A stretch of DNA of 64,000 nt from Acidimicrobiales bacterium (lineage in GTDB: Bacteria > Actinomycetota > Acidimicrobiia > Acidimicrobiales > CATQHL01), in NCBI GenBank assembly GCA_965116465.1, contig OZ220687.1:1604596-1668595 (forward strand), read 5' to 3'. The notes under the pieces are model-generated. The model saw nothing but the letters and a program-made list of their open reading frames with translations, ran no database searches and was not told where the DNA came from. Shown piece after piece: positions 30,778 through 41,016 of the stretch (its first letter is position 1; each line of letters starts with the position of its first letter). A program made the position numbers and the translations under genes.

Positions 30778-32738
30778 GAGGTCACCGGCGCCGCGGCGAC
30801 CGGGATGCGGCGTGGCAGGTAGGACTCGAACTCATCCCGGAAGTCCCGGAGCGCCGAGACGATCGGCGAGGCGGCCGACGGACCCAGCGGGCAGATGGTC
30901 GTCATGCGCGGCGGCCAGGCCAGACCGGGGCTGATGTTGTCACAGACGTCGTTGAGCAGGTCCAGGTCGCCGGGACGGCCCCGGCCCGCCAGGATGCGCT
31001 CGAGGATGACCTCCAGCCAACTGGTCCCCTCCCGGCAGGGCGTGCACTTGCCGCAGGACTCGCGGGCGAAGAACCGAACCAGGTTGTGGCAGGCCCGGGG
31101 AATGTCGGTGGTGGAGTCCATCACCACGATGGCGCCGGAGCCGAGCATCGACCCGGCGGCGTCCACAGCCGCCTTGTCCAGCGGCAGATCCAGGTGCTCG
31201 GCGGTGAACCAGGGGGCCGAGGCGCCGCCGGGGATGAAGGCCTTCAGGTCGCGGCCGTCCCGGATCCCGCCCCCGTAGCGCTCGTCACAGATGATCTCCC
31301 GGAACGTCGTCGTGCCGAAGGGCACCTCGAAGACCCCAGGGGTACGCACGTGGCCCGACACCGCGAACACCCGCGTGCCCGCCGACTGCTCGGCCCCCCT
31401 GGCGACGAAGGCGGCCGCCCCGTGGGTCACGATCCACGGCAGGTTCGACAGCGTCTCCACGTTGTTGACGATCGTCGGCCGGCCGTACAACCCCACGGCC
31501 GCAGGGAAGAACGGCGGCTTCAGCCGGGGCATCCCGCGGCTGCCCTCGAGGCTCTCGATGAGGGCCGTCTCCTCGCCCACGATGTAGGCGCCGGCGCCGG
31601 AGTGCAGCACGATGTCCACGCCGAAGTCGCTGCCGCAGACGCCCGAGCCCACGTAGCCGGCGGCGTAGGCCTCGTTGAGCGCGGCGGCGAGGCGCTCGGC
31701 CGCCAGGGCCATCTCACCGCGCACGTACAGGAAGCACTGCGACAGACCCAGCGCGTAGCAGGCGATCAGGCAGCCCTCGATGAGCTGGTGCGGGTCGCGC
31801 TCCATCAGCAGGCGGTCCTTGTAGGTGCCGGGCTCGCTCTCGTCACCGTTGACGACCAGATAACGCGGCCAGGCGTTCGGCGGGCAGAAGCCCCACTTCA
31901 CCCCTGCGGGGAAGCCGGCCCCGCCGCGCCCCAGCAGGCTGGCCGCCCGCACCTCGGCATGCACGGCGGCCGGCGGCGAGGCCAGCGCCCGGCGGAGGCC
32001 CTCGTAACCGCCGGTGCGGAGGTAGCCCTCGAGCGTGTGACCGTCATCGAGATCGCACCTGGCGGTCACGATCAGCTCCTCCGGCGAGGCCGGCTCCGGC
32101 TCCGGGAGGGCGCCGGCGGCGTCAGCCTCGCCGTTGGTCCGGTGGCGCTCCCACCAGGACGGCGGTCCCGGCGCCGACGGCGGGGAGACCCCGGCGGCGC
32201 GCTTCGGCGGGATCTGTTGGCGCACCATGGCCAGGGTGCCGTGGGGCGGCACGCCCGGTCGACCGCCGTTGCGCAGCTCGCCGACCAGGCGGTCGAAGTC
32301 CTCGGTGGCCACGCCGCCCACGTAGCGGTAGTTCACCTGCAGGCAGGGCGCCTCGGTGCAGGCCGCCACGCACTCCACCGCCTCCAGGGTGATGGCGCCG
32401 TCGGCGGTGGTGCCGCCCACGGGCACACCCAGCGAGTCCGAGGCGTGCTCGATCAACTCGTCGGCGCCGAGCAGGTGGCAGCTGATGCCCCGGCAGATGT
32501 TCAGGCGGTAGGTGCCGCCGGCTGAGCGCTTGAACATCTCGTAGAACGAGCACGTGCTGAGGACCTCCGACGGTGTCGTGCCGACCAACTCGGCGATGTG
32601 CTCCATCGCCTCGTCGCTGACGTGGCCCTCCTGTGCCTGTGCCACGTGCAGCAGCGGGATGAGCGCCGAGCGCGGCACCGGGTAGCGCCCGATGATCTCG
32701 GCGGCCAGTCTGAGGTTCTCGTCGCTGAGACGAGCCAT
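30774..32738 (-). CDS. nuoEF: Fused NADH-quinone oxidoreductase subunits E and F (single 654-aa ORF)
   Basis: The N-terminal ~190 aa are NuoE-like (CRGISC...ECVAACTEAPC). From about aa 217 the sequence is NuoF-like (GRGGAGFPAGVKWGF, GDESEPGT, ESCGKCTPCREG). The two parts are joined by a Pro/Ala/Glu-rich linker with no stop codon. Confidence 0.85.
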   Translation of the reverse strand: MARLSDENLRLAAEIIGRYPVPRSALIPLLHVAQAQEGHVSDEAMEHIAELVGTTPSEVLSTCSFYEMFKRSAGGTYRLNICRGISCHLLGADELIEHASDSLGVPVGGTTADGAITLEAVECVAACTEAPCLQVNYRYVGGVATEDFDRLVGELRNGGRPGVPPHGTLAMVRQQIPPKRAAGVSPPSAPGPPSWWERHRTNGEADAAGALPEPEPASPEELIVTARCDLDDGHTLEGYLRTGGYEGLRRALASPPAAVHAEVRAASLLGRGGAGFPAGVKWGFCPPNAWPRYLVVNGDESEPGTYKDRLLMERDPHQLIEGCLIACYALGLSQCFLYVRGEMALAAERLAAALNEAYAAGYVGSGVCGSDFGVDIVLHSGAGAYIVGEETALIESLEGSRGMPRLKPPFFPAAVGLYGRPTIVNNVETLSNLPWIVTHGAAAFVARGAEQSAGTRVFAVSGHVRTPGVFEVPFGTTTFREIICDERYGGGIRDGRDLKAFIPGGASAPWFTAEHLDLPLDKAAVDAAGSMLGSGAIVVMDSTTDIPRACHNLVRFFARESCGKCTPCREGTSWLEVILERILAGRGRPGDLDLLNDVCDNISPGLAWPPRMTTICPLGPSAASPIVSALRDFRDEFESYLPRRIPVAAAPVTS

Positions 32739-34006
32739 CAGCGGTCCACCTCACCCATGATCGGATCCACCGAGGAGATGATGGCCACGGCGTCGGCCAC
32801 CAGGCGTCCCTCCAGCAGGTACGGCAGCGCCTGCAGGTTGACGAAGCTGGGTGCCCTGATGTGCATGCGCAGCGGCTTGGGGCCGCCGTCGCTGACCATG
32901 TAGCAGCCCAACTCGCCGCGGGGCGACTCCACCGCCGCGTACACCTCGCCGGCGGGCACCTTGAAGCCTTCGGTGAAGATCTTGAAGTGGTGGATGAGCG
33001 CCTCCATGGACTCGTCGATGCGTCCCCGCGGCGGCGGGGTGACCTTCTTGTCCTGGACGCGGTAGTCGCCGGGCGGCATGCCCTCGAGGATCTGGCGCAC
33101 CAGCCGGATCGACTCGCGGATCTCGTTCAGGCGGATGGCGTAGCGGTCGAACGAGTCGCCGTAGCTGCCGCAGAGGATGTCGAAGGAGAGCCGGTCGTAG
33201 TCCAGGTACGGCATGTGGCGGCGCAGGTCCCAGGAGTAGCCGGTGCTGCGCAGGATGGGTCCCGTGACGCCCAGCGCCAGACACTCCTCCGCGCTGATGA
33301 CACCCACGCCCTGCAGGCGTTCCCGCCAGATCGGCTGGCCGGTCAGCAGCGCGTCGTACTCGTCGAGCCGATCACCGATGGGGTCCAGCAACGACAGGGT
33401 GTCGTCGCGCCAGTCGTCGGGCAGGTCGGCCGCCACCCCGCCGGGGCGGATGTAGTTGTGGTTCATGCGCAGACCGGTGATCTGCTCCAGCAGGCGCAGC
33501 ACCTCCTCGCGCTCGCGCCAGCCGTAGAGCATCATCGACACTGCGCCGAGGTCCATGCCGTTGGTGGCCTGGAAGAGCAGGTGCGAGCTGATGCGGTTCA
33601 ACTCGCACATGAGCATGCGGATCCAGGTGGCACGGGGCGGGAGCTCGAGGCCCAGCAGCGTCTCGGTCGCCATCGAGAAGGCCAGCTCGGTGAACAGGGG
33701 CGAGGCGTAGTCCATGCGGGTGACGTTGGTGGGGCCCTGCAGGTAGGTGAGCGTCTCGCCGGTCTTCTCCATGCCGGTGTGCAGGTAGCCGATGATCGGC
33801 TTGCAGCGCGTCACCGTCTCGCCGTCGAGCTCCAGCAGCAGCCGCAGCACCCCGTGCGTGGACGGGTGCTGGGGGCCCATGTTGATGATCATGCGCTCCG
33901 GCGCCGAGGGCGCCGCCGTTTGGGCCTCCGACTCGCTGAGCCGCAGCACGGGCCCGCCGGCGCGGGCGAAGACGCGGCCCACCGCGGGAGGGGCTTCGGC
34001 GCTCAC
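32738..34006 (-). CDS. nuoD: NADH-quinone oxidoreductase subunit D (operon 2)
   Basis: 422 aa ([12 protein letters not shown]...EVDR). Its stop shares 1 nt with the nuoEF ATG. Confidence 0.9.
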   Translation of the reverse strand: MSAEAPPAVGRVFARAGGPVLRLSESEAQTAAPSAPERMIINMGPQHPSTHGVLRLLLELDGETVTRCKPIIGYLHTGMEKTGETLTYLQGPTNVTRMDYASPLFTELAFSMATETLLGLELPPRATWIRMLMCELNRISSHLLFQATNGMDLGAVSMMLYGWREREEVLRLLEQITGLRMNHNYIRPGGVAADLPDDWRDDTLSLLDPIGDRLDEYDALLTGQPIWRERLQGVGVISAEECLALGVTGPILRSTGYSWDLRRHMPYLDYDRLSFDILCGSYGDSFDRYAIRLNEIRESIRLVRQILEGMPPGDYRVQDKKVTPPPRGRIDESMEALIHHFKIFTEGFKVPAGEVYAAVESPRGELGCYMVSDGGPKPLRMHIRAPSFVNLQALPYLLEGRLVADAVAIISSVDPIMGEVDR

Positions 34007-34506
34007 CGGGTGTCCCCGGCCGCCTTGAAACGCACGGGCACGATCCCGACGGCGTAGTCCTTGCGGAGGGGATGGCCCTCCCAGTCCTCGGGCATCAGGA
34101 TGCGGGTCATGTCGGGATGGTCATCGAAGCCGATGCCGAACATGTCGAACGCTTCCCGTTCGAGGTTCTCGGTCCCGGGGAACAGGTCGAACAGCGTGGG
34201 CAGCCGCGGGTCCTCCTCGGGGACCTGCACCCGCAGCCGCACCCGGCCGCGCGACCGGTGTGAGATGAGGGTGACCACCACCTCGAACCGTTCGGGAACC
34301 ACCGCTTCGGGGAGATCCGCCCTGGGATCGGCGCCGAGGTAGTCCACGGCGCACAGGTCGAGGCACTGGAGGTAGCCGGCGTCGCGCAGCGCGGCCACAA
34401 CCGCCAACAGCTCCGCCGGACCAGGATGCAGCACCGGTCCACCGCCGGGGTCGGTGCTGACGGGAACGCCGAGGTCGGCTACTCCCGCCGGCGAGGACGA
34501 CGCCAC
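34003..34506 (-). CDS. nuoC: NADH-quinone oxidoreductase subunit C (operon 2)
   Basis: 167-aa NuoC-like protein ([17 protein letters not shown]). Confidence 0.85.
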   Translation of the reverse strand: MASSSPAGVADLGVPVSTDPGGGPVLHPGPAELLAVVAALRDAGYLQCLDLCAVDYLGADPRADLPEAVVPERFEVVVTLISHRSRGRVRLRVQVPEEDPRLPTLFDLFPGTENLEREAFDMFGIGFDDHPDMTRILMPEDWEGHPLRKDYAVGIVPVRFKAAGDTR

Positions 34507-34510
34507 CGAC

Positions 34511-35151
<641 letters not shown>

Positions 35152-35155
<4 letters not shown>

Positions 35156-35646
35156 GAGACCGGCTCCCCAGGTGGGGCGGCCGCCGTGGGCACCGGCAGT
35201 CCCGGCTCGGAGTCGCCGGGCGGAACCCGGCGGATGGTCCCGGCGGTGGTGCGGGCCGCGTCAACGGCACCCTCGGCGCGGCGCACCCGCAGCGGACCCC
35301 AGTCCAGCGCACCCTTGCTGATGAGGTAGACGAACGACTCGAAGACGGCGAAGGAGAAGATCCCGATCGCCACCAGCCCGAAGAGCCCGAGCGCGCCGTG
35401 GGTGACCGCCCACGGGTAGAGGAACACGATCTCCACGTCGAAGACGATGAAGATCATCGCCACCAGGAAGAATCGGACCGGGAAACGCTCGGGGATCTCG
35501 GTCTGCGAGACCACGCCGCACTCGTAGGGGGCGTTCTTGGCCCTCGTCGGGCGCCGGGGGGCCAGGAGGCGCGACGCCACGAAGCTCAGGGCGCAGAACA
35601 CCACCGCCAGCACTCCGAGGGCCAGGATCGGAAGGTACTGTCCCAC
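35152..35646 (-). CDS. nuoA: NADH-quinone oxidoreductase subunit A (operon 2), with a C-terminal extension
   Basis: 164 aa; the NuoA core (YECGV, FDVE) is followed by a ~45-aa Pro/Ala-rich tail. Confidence 0.85.
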
Positions 35647-35661
35647 CCCGTCCTCCCGCCT

Positions 35662-36876
35662 CTACGCCGTGGCGCTCTCGAAGGCCTCCTGCTCCCGGCG
35701 GAACCGCTGGTCGCGCCAGTGCAGGCTGAGCACCAGGGTCAGGAAGATGAGGCCCGAGCCGATCGCGATCAGGGCCGGCACCAGGCGGAGATCGCCCAGG
35801 TTGCGGACCATCACGATGGAGAAGGTCTCGCCGCTGCGATCCGGCTCCGGCAGCGGAGGCGCCTCGCCCAGAATCTGGACCTTCGGCACCGCCGGACGGG
35901 CCTGCACGACGGCGTAGTGCGGCGGATGCGTGATGCGCGCCGAGTTGGTGATCTTGTTGGCGACCCTGGACCACGTTCCGCCCTCGGGGGCGGGCTTGCC
36001 CCCGATCTCGTAGGCATCCTCGAAGACGTACAGCGGGCTCACCGAGGCCTCCTCGCTGCCGTCGGGCAGCGAGACCACCGTCGGGACGAAGGCGAACGTG
36101 TCGCGTTCGGTCAGGAAGGCCTCGGCGCTGGCGGCCGCCTCACCGGACTCGGCGGTGGACAGCAACTCCCAACCCCTCAAATCGATGTAGCCGACCCTCT
36201 CCGCCCACTCGATGACCTGCGGGGCCGCGGCCGCCAGGGCGCTCAGGGAGAGGTTGTCGATGCGAGTGGCCTCCGCCGCAGCCTGCTCGGTGAATTTGGC
36301 CTCCAGAGCCGCCTCGTCCAGGTGGCGGGGATCCTCGGGCGACAGCAGGCTGTTGCGCTCGACCAGCCGGCCGCGGATGGTCTCGGTGTCGACGGTGGCG
36401 ACGGCTGCGCGCACCTCGTCCCGATCGGGTCCCGAGTAGTGCAGCGCCAGCGCGATGGCCCGGGGGAGGCAGCCATGCGCCGGCGGCGCGAAGGTCCAGC
36501 CGGTCTCTTCGACAGGGAAGATGCGCCCCGTGTCGCAGTTGGGATCGGGCAGGTCGCCGACCGTGGCCACATAGGCGTCCTCGATGCCGGTCCTCTCGAT
36601 GCCCGCCGGATCCGCGAACGTCCCCTCGTACTCCCACCTGGGCGATTCGCCGACGTAGCCGATGCCCTGCAGCCACCAGATGACCGCCATGATCGTGAAC
36701 CAGCCGAACATCCCCGCCAGCGCCAGGAGCGAGCCGAGGCGCACGCCGGTGTTCAGCACCAGCAGCAACCAGACCGTCCCCATCAGCAGGGCCGAGGCGA
36801 GGGCCACCGTCAGGATGCCGCGGATCTCGGGCTCCCAACTGATCCCGCCGAGGGTTACGAGGGCACCTACTCCCAT
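35662..36876 (-). CDS. Uncharacterised membrane protein (N-terminal TM helices, large soluble domain, C-terminal TM)
   Basis: 404-aa ORF with coding-like composition, lying 11 nt after the dihaem cytochrome c stop and 15 nt before the nuoA start. I recognise no family motif. Confidence 0.7.
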   Translation of the reverse strand: MGVGALVTLGGISWEPEIRGILTVALASALLMGTVWLLLVLNTGVRLGSLLALAGMFGWFTIMAVIWWLQGIGYVGESPRWEYEGTFADPAGIERTGIEDAYVATVGDLPDPNCDTGRIFPVEETGWTFAPPAHGCLPRAIALALHYSGPDRDEVRAAVATVDTETIRGRLVERNSLLSPEDPRHLDEAALEAKFTEQAAAEATRIDNLSLSALAAAAPQVIEWAERVGYIDLRGWELLSTAESGEAAASAEAFLTERDTFAFVPTVVSLPDGSEEASVSPLYVFEDAYEIGGKPAPEGGTWSRVANKITNSARITHPPHYAVVQARPAVPKVQILGEAPPLPEPDRSGETFSIVMVRNLGDLRLVPALIAIGSGLIFLTLVLSLHWRDQRFRREQEAFESATA

Positions 36877-36887
36877 GGCCCGACCTG

Positions 36888-38102
36888 CTAGAGCTGCCGC
36901 TCGTACGCCACGATGGCGGCGATCTGGGCGGGCGTCAGGATCCCCTCACCACCGTGTGCGAGGCAGAACTCGATCCGGCTGATGTACTCCAGGTCACCGG
37001 CGTCGCGGTCGGCCACGCAGGCGCCGAACGACGGCATCTGGCCCCCGCCGTCGCCCTGGCCGAAGTTCCCGTACTCCACGCCGTTCTGGCTGCCCGTCCA
37101 GATGAAGGACTCGTGCTCGTCGGCCGTGTCGAACTGCCGGGTGGTGGCGCCGCTGTTCAGCGGCGGGCCGAAGCCCCCGCCGCCGGCGATCTCCGCCGGC
37201 ACCAGCGGGTTCTGCGCGGCCACCTCGTTGGCGTCGTAGGACCATCCGGGCGTGTGGCAGCGGGCGCAGCCGTAGACGCCGCCGTCCCCTTCGTTGTTGA
37301 AGAGCAGCTCGCCCAGCCTGATCGGGTCGTCGGCGGCGTCGGCCAGGATCTGTTGGGCGGCAGCGGTGACATCGGTGTTGGAGGCGCCCGCGCCCAGCTG
37401 CGCGACGGCCATCTGCCGGGCGGTCGAGGCGATGCCGTCCTGGGCCCGCTGGCGGATCTCGGGAACGTCTATCTGCTCGTGCTCCAGGTAGACGATGACG
37501 TCGTCGATCTGCTGGGTGGTGAACGGGCCGCCGCCGGCGATGCCCCACGCCGGCATGGGCGTGTTGGGGCGGCCGTACTCCATCACGTAGCGCACCTCCT
37601 CGGTGGAGTAGCGGTAGAGGACGGCCCCAAGCGAGGGCACCTTCCATTGCACCTGCGCCAGGAAGAGCCCGTTGTTGTCGATGAGAGTGTGGTCGCGCAG
37701 CCCGCCGGGCCCATCCACCGAGCCGTGACAGGTGGCGCAGCGCTCCTCGTAGAGGTGGTGGCCGCGCTCGGCCGCCAGTTCGTCGCTGACCTCGATGAGT
37801 CCGTCGTGACGACCCGGCTCACCCAGCCAGTACAGCGGCAGGGCGATGGCGATGATGACGATGAACACCAGCCCGGCCATGAGGCCCTGGTCCAGCCGGC
37901 GCCCCTCCATCTCCTCGTCGTCGGGCAGCGGTTTGCGGTTGGGCGCCAGCTCGATCTCCGAACCGGTCTCGGCCCGGCCCACGAACCAGTTGAAGATCCA
38001 GTAGAGCAGGAAGCCGCCGATAGCCAGAACACCGATGACGGTGCCGATGGTCCGCTGGGTGGACGCCGCGAAGACACCGAGGTCGCCCAATGCAGGTGGC
38101 AT
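36888..38102 (-). CDS. qcrC: Membrane-anchored dihaem c-type cytochrome (QcrC-like)
   Basis: 404 aa with two CXXCH motifs (CATCH, CARCH), Met-ligand contexts PMPAW and QMPSF, and an N-terminal TM helix. Its ATG overlaps the Rieske TAA (TAATG). Confidence 0.85.
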   Translation of the reverse strand: MPPALGDLGVFAASTQRTIGTVIGVLAIGGFLLYWIFNWFVGRAETGSEIELAPNRKPLPDDEEMEGRRLDQGLMAGLVFIVIIAIALPLYWLGEPGRHDGLIEVSDELAAERGHHLYEERCATCHGSVDGPGGLRDHTLIDNNGLFLAQVQWKVPSLGAVLYRYSTEEVRYVMEYGRPNTPMPAWGIAGGGPFTTQQIDDVIVYLEHEQIDVPEIRQRAQDGIASTARQMAVAQLGAGASNTDVTAAAQQILADAADDPIRLGELLFNNEGDGGVYGCARCHTPGWSYDANEVAAQNPLVPAEIAGGGGFGPPLNSGATTRQFDTADEHESFIWTGSQNGVEYGNFGQGDGGGQMPSFGACVADRDAGDLEYISRIEFCLAHGGEGILTPAQIAAIVAYERQL

Positions 38103-38962
38103 TACTCGCTGGCCTCGCCGATGCAGTGCGCACCCTGCGCCTCCTGGTTGGTCGTGTTCGTCCCGATGGGCGAGCCCTGGATGATCTTGCCGGTGTCGAC
38201 GAGGAACTCACCGCGGTCGTTGACCGAGGTGGCGAAATGGTCCATGCCCCGCGGGGCCGGCCCGCCGCGCTTCTCGCCCACCTGGTTGTACTTCGAGCCG
38301 TGGCAGGGACACTCGAACCACTGCGAACTGACGCACTCCGGCACGGTGCAACCCAGGTGGGGGCACTTCCAGTACAGGGCCACCAGCCCGGCCTCCATGC
38401 CCCCCAGCACCGCCGGCGAGTAGACCTCCCGAGCCGAGGCCAGCGCCCCTTCGGGATACTCGGTCACCCACATGCGCCCTTCGGGCAGCTTCAGGAAGCC
38501 GTTCTCGTCGCGCACCTGGGTCTTGAGGCTGTCCACGGTGCCGACGTTGAGGACCGCCCCGAAGCCGGTCACGAACGGAGGCCAGAGGAAGCCCAGGACG
38601 GCGGCACCGAAGCCCGTGATGCTGAGGGTCATGAAGCCCACGATCGAGCGGTTCAGGAACTGCCGGCGGGTGACACCGACCTCCTCCGGATCGGGTGGCG
38701 TCCAGGGCTCGCCATCGTCGGCGGGGATCGCCGGCAGGTCGTCGGGCTCGCGGCGGGCCAGGACCGCGGCGCGTTCGATCTCGCGCCCGGTGGGCGCGGC
38801 GGGCTCCGCCGCCTCGGAGCGCCGGGCCAGCCGGTCGCGCAGCCGGGTGCGCCGGGAGAGCCGTCCGGTGACCGAGCGCACCTCGCGCCGGCGGTAGGCG
38901 GCGATCAGCATGATGAGGGCGGCCGCGGCCAGGATCGGGATGACGATGGCAAGAACGATCAC
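38102..38962 (-). CDS. qcrA: Rieske [2Fe-2S] subunit of a cytochrome b-type quinol oxidoreductase
   Basis: 286 aa with Rieske boxes CPHLGC and CPCHGS, an internal Tat-like TRRQFL motif, and an extra N-terminal TM helix. Confidence 0.9.
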   Translation of the reverse strand: MIVLAIVIPILAAAALIMLIAAYRRREVRSVTGRLSRRTRLRDRLARRSEAAEPAAPTGREIERAAVLARREPDDLPAIPADDGEPWTPPDPEEVGVTRRQFLNRSIVGFMTLSITGFGAAVLGFLWPPFVTGFGAVLNVGTVDSLKTQVRDENGFLKLPEGRMWVTEYPEGALASAREVYSPAVLGGMEAGLVALYWKCPHLGCTVPECVSSQWFECPCHGSKYNQVGEKRGGPAPRGMDHFATSVNDRGEFLVDTGKIIQGSPIGTNTTNQEAQGAHCIGEASE

Positions 38963-38972
38963 GGCACGTGCC

Positions 38973-39743
38973 TCAGAAGTCGAAGAACAGCCCGTCTTGC
39001 CACGGGAAGATGAAGTTGAAGCCCGGACCCCTGAAGAACGAGCCGATCATGACCAGGATCGCCCAGAACATGAGGTGCACGGTCATCAGGGACACCGCGA
39101 ACTTGCGCTTCTCGGGGGCGTTCTCCTTGTTCCGGTCGATGTAGGGGGCCAGGATCAGCAGGAACAGGGCGATTCCGGGAATGGTGACACCGGCCACCAT
39201 GGGGTGGAACATCGTCAGGAGTTCCTGCAGGCCCAGGAAGTACCACGGCGCCTTCGACGGGTTCGGCGTCTCGTTGACGTTCGCCAACTCCAGCAGGGGG
39301 GCGTTCACGAAGACCGAGAAGATCAGCAGGAACGCCGTGATGAACAGCGACGCCACGAACTCGCCCAGCAGGAGGTGCGGCCAGACGTGCACCCTGTCCT
39401 GCGGCATGGCCTTGACGTCCTGGATGGAACCCGACTTGACGACGGTGAGAAGCCGCTGGGTGTGCCCGCCGGGACCGGTGGGCAGGCTCGGCGGAGCCGG
39501 GGCGACAGGCCCACCGGGCGCTGCCGGGGCCATGGCGGCCTGCTCGGAGGCCGAGCGCGAGCGATCCAGCAGGTGTGCCGGGATCTTCTCGGTGTCGCCG
39601 GCGTCGGGCGCGTCCGCCGCGGCCTCGGCCGGCGGCGCAGCGTCGGCGGCGGGCGCCTCGCCTTCGGGGGTCGCGGGGGCGCCCTCCAGCCGCTCGCGCG
39701 CCTCCTTGGCGCGGCGCAGCAGGTGTTCGGGGATTTCGGTCAT
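38973..39743 (-). CDS. Cytochrome b C-terminal domain protein (b6f subunit IV-like) with a long N-terminal cytoplasmic extension
   Basis: 256 aa with a PEWY-box variant (KAPWYFLGLQELL) and 3 TM helices. The ~95-aa N-terminal Ala/Pro-rich region contains two copies of an IPxHLLxR motif. Confidence 0.8.
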   Translation of the reverse strand: MTEIPEHLLRRAKEARERLEGAPATPEGEAPAADAAPPAEAAADAPDAGDTEKIPAHLLDRSRSASEQAAMAPAAPGGPVAPAPPSLPTGPGGHTQRLLTVVKSGSIQDVKAMPQDRVHVWPHLLLGEFVASLFITAFLLIFSVFVNAPLLELANVNETPNPSKAPWYFLGLQELLTMFHPMVAGVTIPGIALFLLILAPYIDRNKENAPEKRKFAVSLMTVHLMFWAILVMIGSFFRGPGFNFIFPWQDGLFFDF

Positions 39744-39767
39744 GGCTCGTCGATCCCTCGCACCGGC

Positions 39768-40529
39768 CTACAGCGGTCCGGAGATCCCGCCGTCCTTGCG
39801 GACCCGCCAGAAGTGGACCGCAAGGAAAATGATCAATACGAAAGGTAACATCAAAACGTGTAGGACATACCACCGCAGGAGCGTGTCGGTGCCGATTTCC
39901 ACGCCGCTGAGCAGCACGAACCGCACCTGGTCGCCGAACACCGGGGTGAAGCCCATCATGTTGGTGCCGACGGTGACGGCCCAAAGCGCCAGCTGGTCCC
40001 AGGGCAGCAGGTAGCCGGTGAACGAGAGCAGCAGCGTGAGCGTCAGCAGGATCACGCCGATCACCCAGTTGAACTCCCGCGGCGGCTTGTAGGCGCCGTG
40101 GTAGAAGACCCGGGCCATGTGCAGGAACACCGTCAGCACCATCAGGTGGGCGCCCCAACGGTGAATGTTCCGCACCAGGAGCCCGAAGGCCACCTCGGTC
40201 TGGAGGATGTAGATGTCGTCCCAGGCCTGCGCGGCGGTGGGCCGGTAGAAGAACATCAGGAATATGCCGGTCACCGTCAGCAGGATGAACAGGAAGAAGC
40301 TGAGCCCGCCGAGGCACAGCGTGTAGCTGACCCGCACACCGTGGCGCTTCACCTTCACCGGGTGCAGGTGGTACAGGACACTGTTCATGATGACGTAGGA
40401 CCGGTTCCGCGGGCTGTCGGTGTAGCCCTTGCGGAAGATCGACCCGGGCCGGAAGATCGACACCCAGGCCTGTGACCCCTGGACCTGGCCCATGAGATCC
40501 GACGCCTTGCCGCCGAGCTGGGTGCCCAT
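39768..40529 (-). CDS. qcrB: Cytochrome b6-type subunit (N-terminal four-helix haem-binding half of cytochrome b)
   Basis: It has the haem-ligand helices ([26 protein letters not shown]; [24 protein letters not shown]) and ends [10 protein letters not shown], like the split Bacillus-type b6. The start is uncertain: ATG 40529 or TTG 40568. Confidence 0.85.
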   Translation of the reverse strand: MGTQLGGKASDLMGQVQGSQAWVSIFRPGSIFRKGYTDSPRNRSYVIMNSVLYHLHPVKVKRHGVRVSYTLCLGGLSFFLFILLTVTGIFLMFFYRPTAAQAWDDIYILQTEVAFGLLVRNIHRWGAHLMVLTVFLHMARVFYHGAYKPPREFNWVIGVILLTLTLLLSFTGYLLPWDQLALWAVTVGTNMMGFTPVFGDQVRFVLLSGVEIGTDTLLRWYVLHVLMLPFVLIIFLAVHFWRVRKDGGISGPL

Positions 40530-40599
40530 GCGGCGAATGTCGTCTGCTGTCGGGAGCCTGGGGGCCAACTCGTCCGCCTCTCTCGTCGCCGTTCCGGGA

Positions 40600-41016
40600 T
40601 TACGCCAGGCGCATGCCGTAGCCGTAGCCGTAGCTGACCACGCGCTGGTGAGGATCGCCGTCCGGCGGCGCGTCTCCAACCTTGCCCATGATGATGACAC
40701 CGGTGGGGCAGCGATCCACGCACAGGGCGCAGCGCGTGCAGACGTCGTCGTCGATCGTGAAGATCACGTGATCGCTGGGGTCGGCACCCGGGCGCTCGGT
40801 ACCGATCGCCATGTCGATGGCGTCGGGGGTGACCATGTGGATGCACTTCCACGGGCAGATGTCCACGCAGCCCTCGCACATGATGCACTCGGACTGGTCG
40901 ATGTGGATGAACTGCTTGGGCTTGACGGCGGCCGAGAGCCAGTCGGCGTCGACCTCGGCGAGGACGTAGTCGTCGCGGAACTCCGGCATCGGGGGATTGG
41001 CGTCGTTGGAAGCCAT
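40600..41016 (-). CDS. 2x[4Fe-4S] ferredoxin-domain protein
   Basis: ATG at 41016 gives 138 aa with motifs [12 protein letters not shown] and [12 protein letters not shown]. The start shares 1 nt with the upstream gene's stop (TGATG). Confidence 0.8.
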   Translation of the reverse strand: MASNDANPPMPEFRDDYVLAEVDADWLSAAVKPKQFIHIDQSECIMCEGCVDICPWKCIHMVTPDAIDMAIGTERPGADPSDHVIFTIDDDVCTRCALCVDRCPTGVIIMGKVGDAPPDGDPHQRVVSYGYGYGMRLA

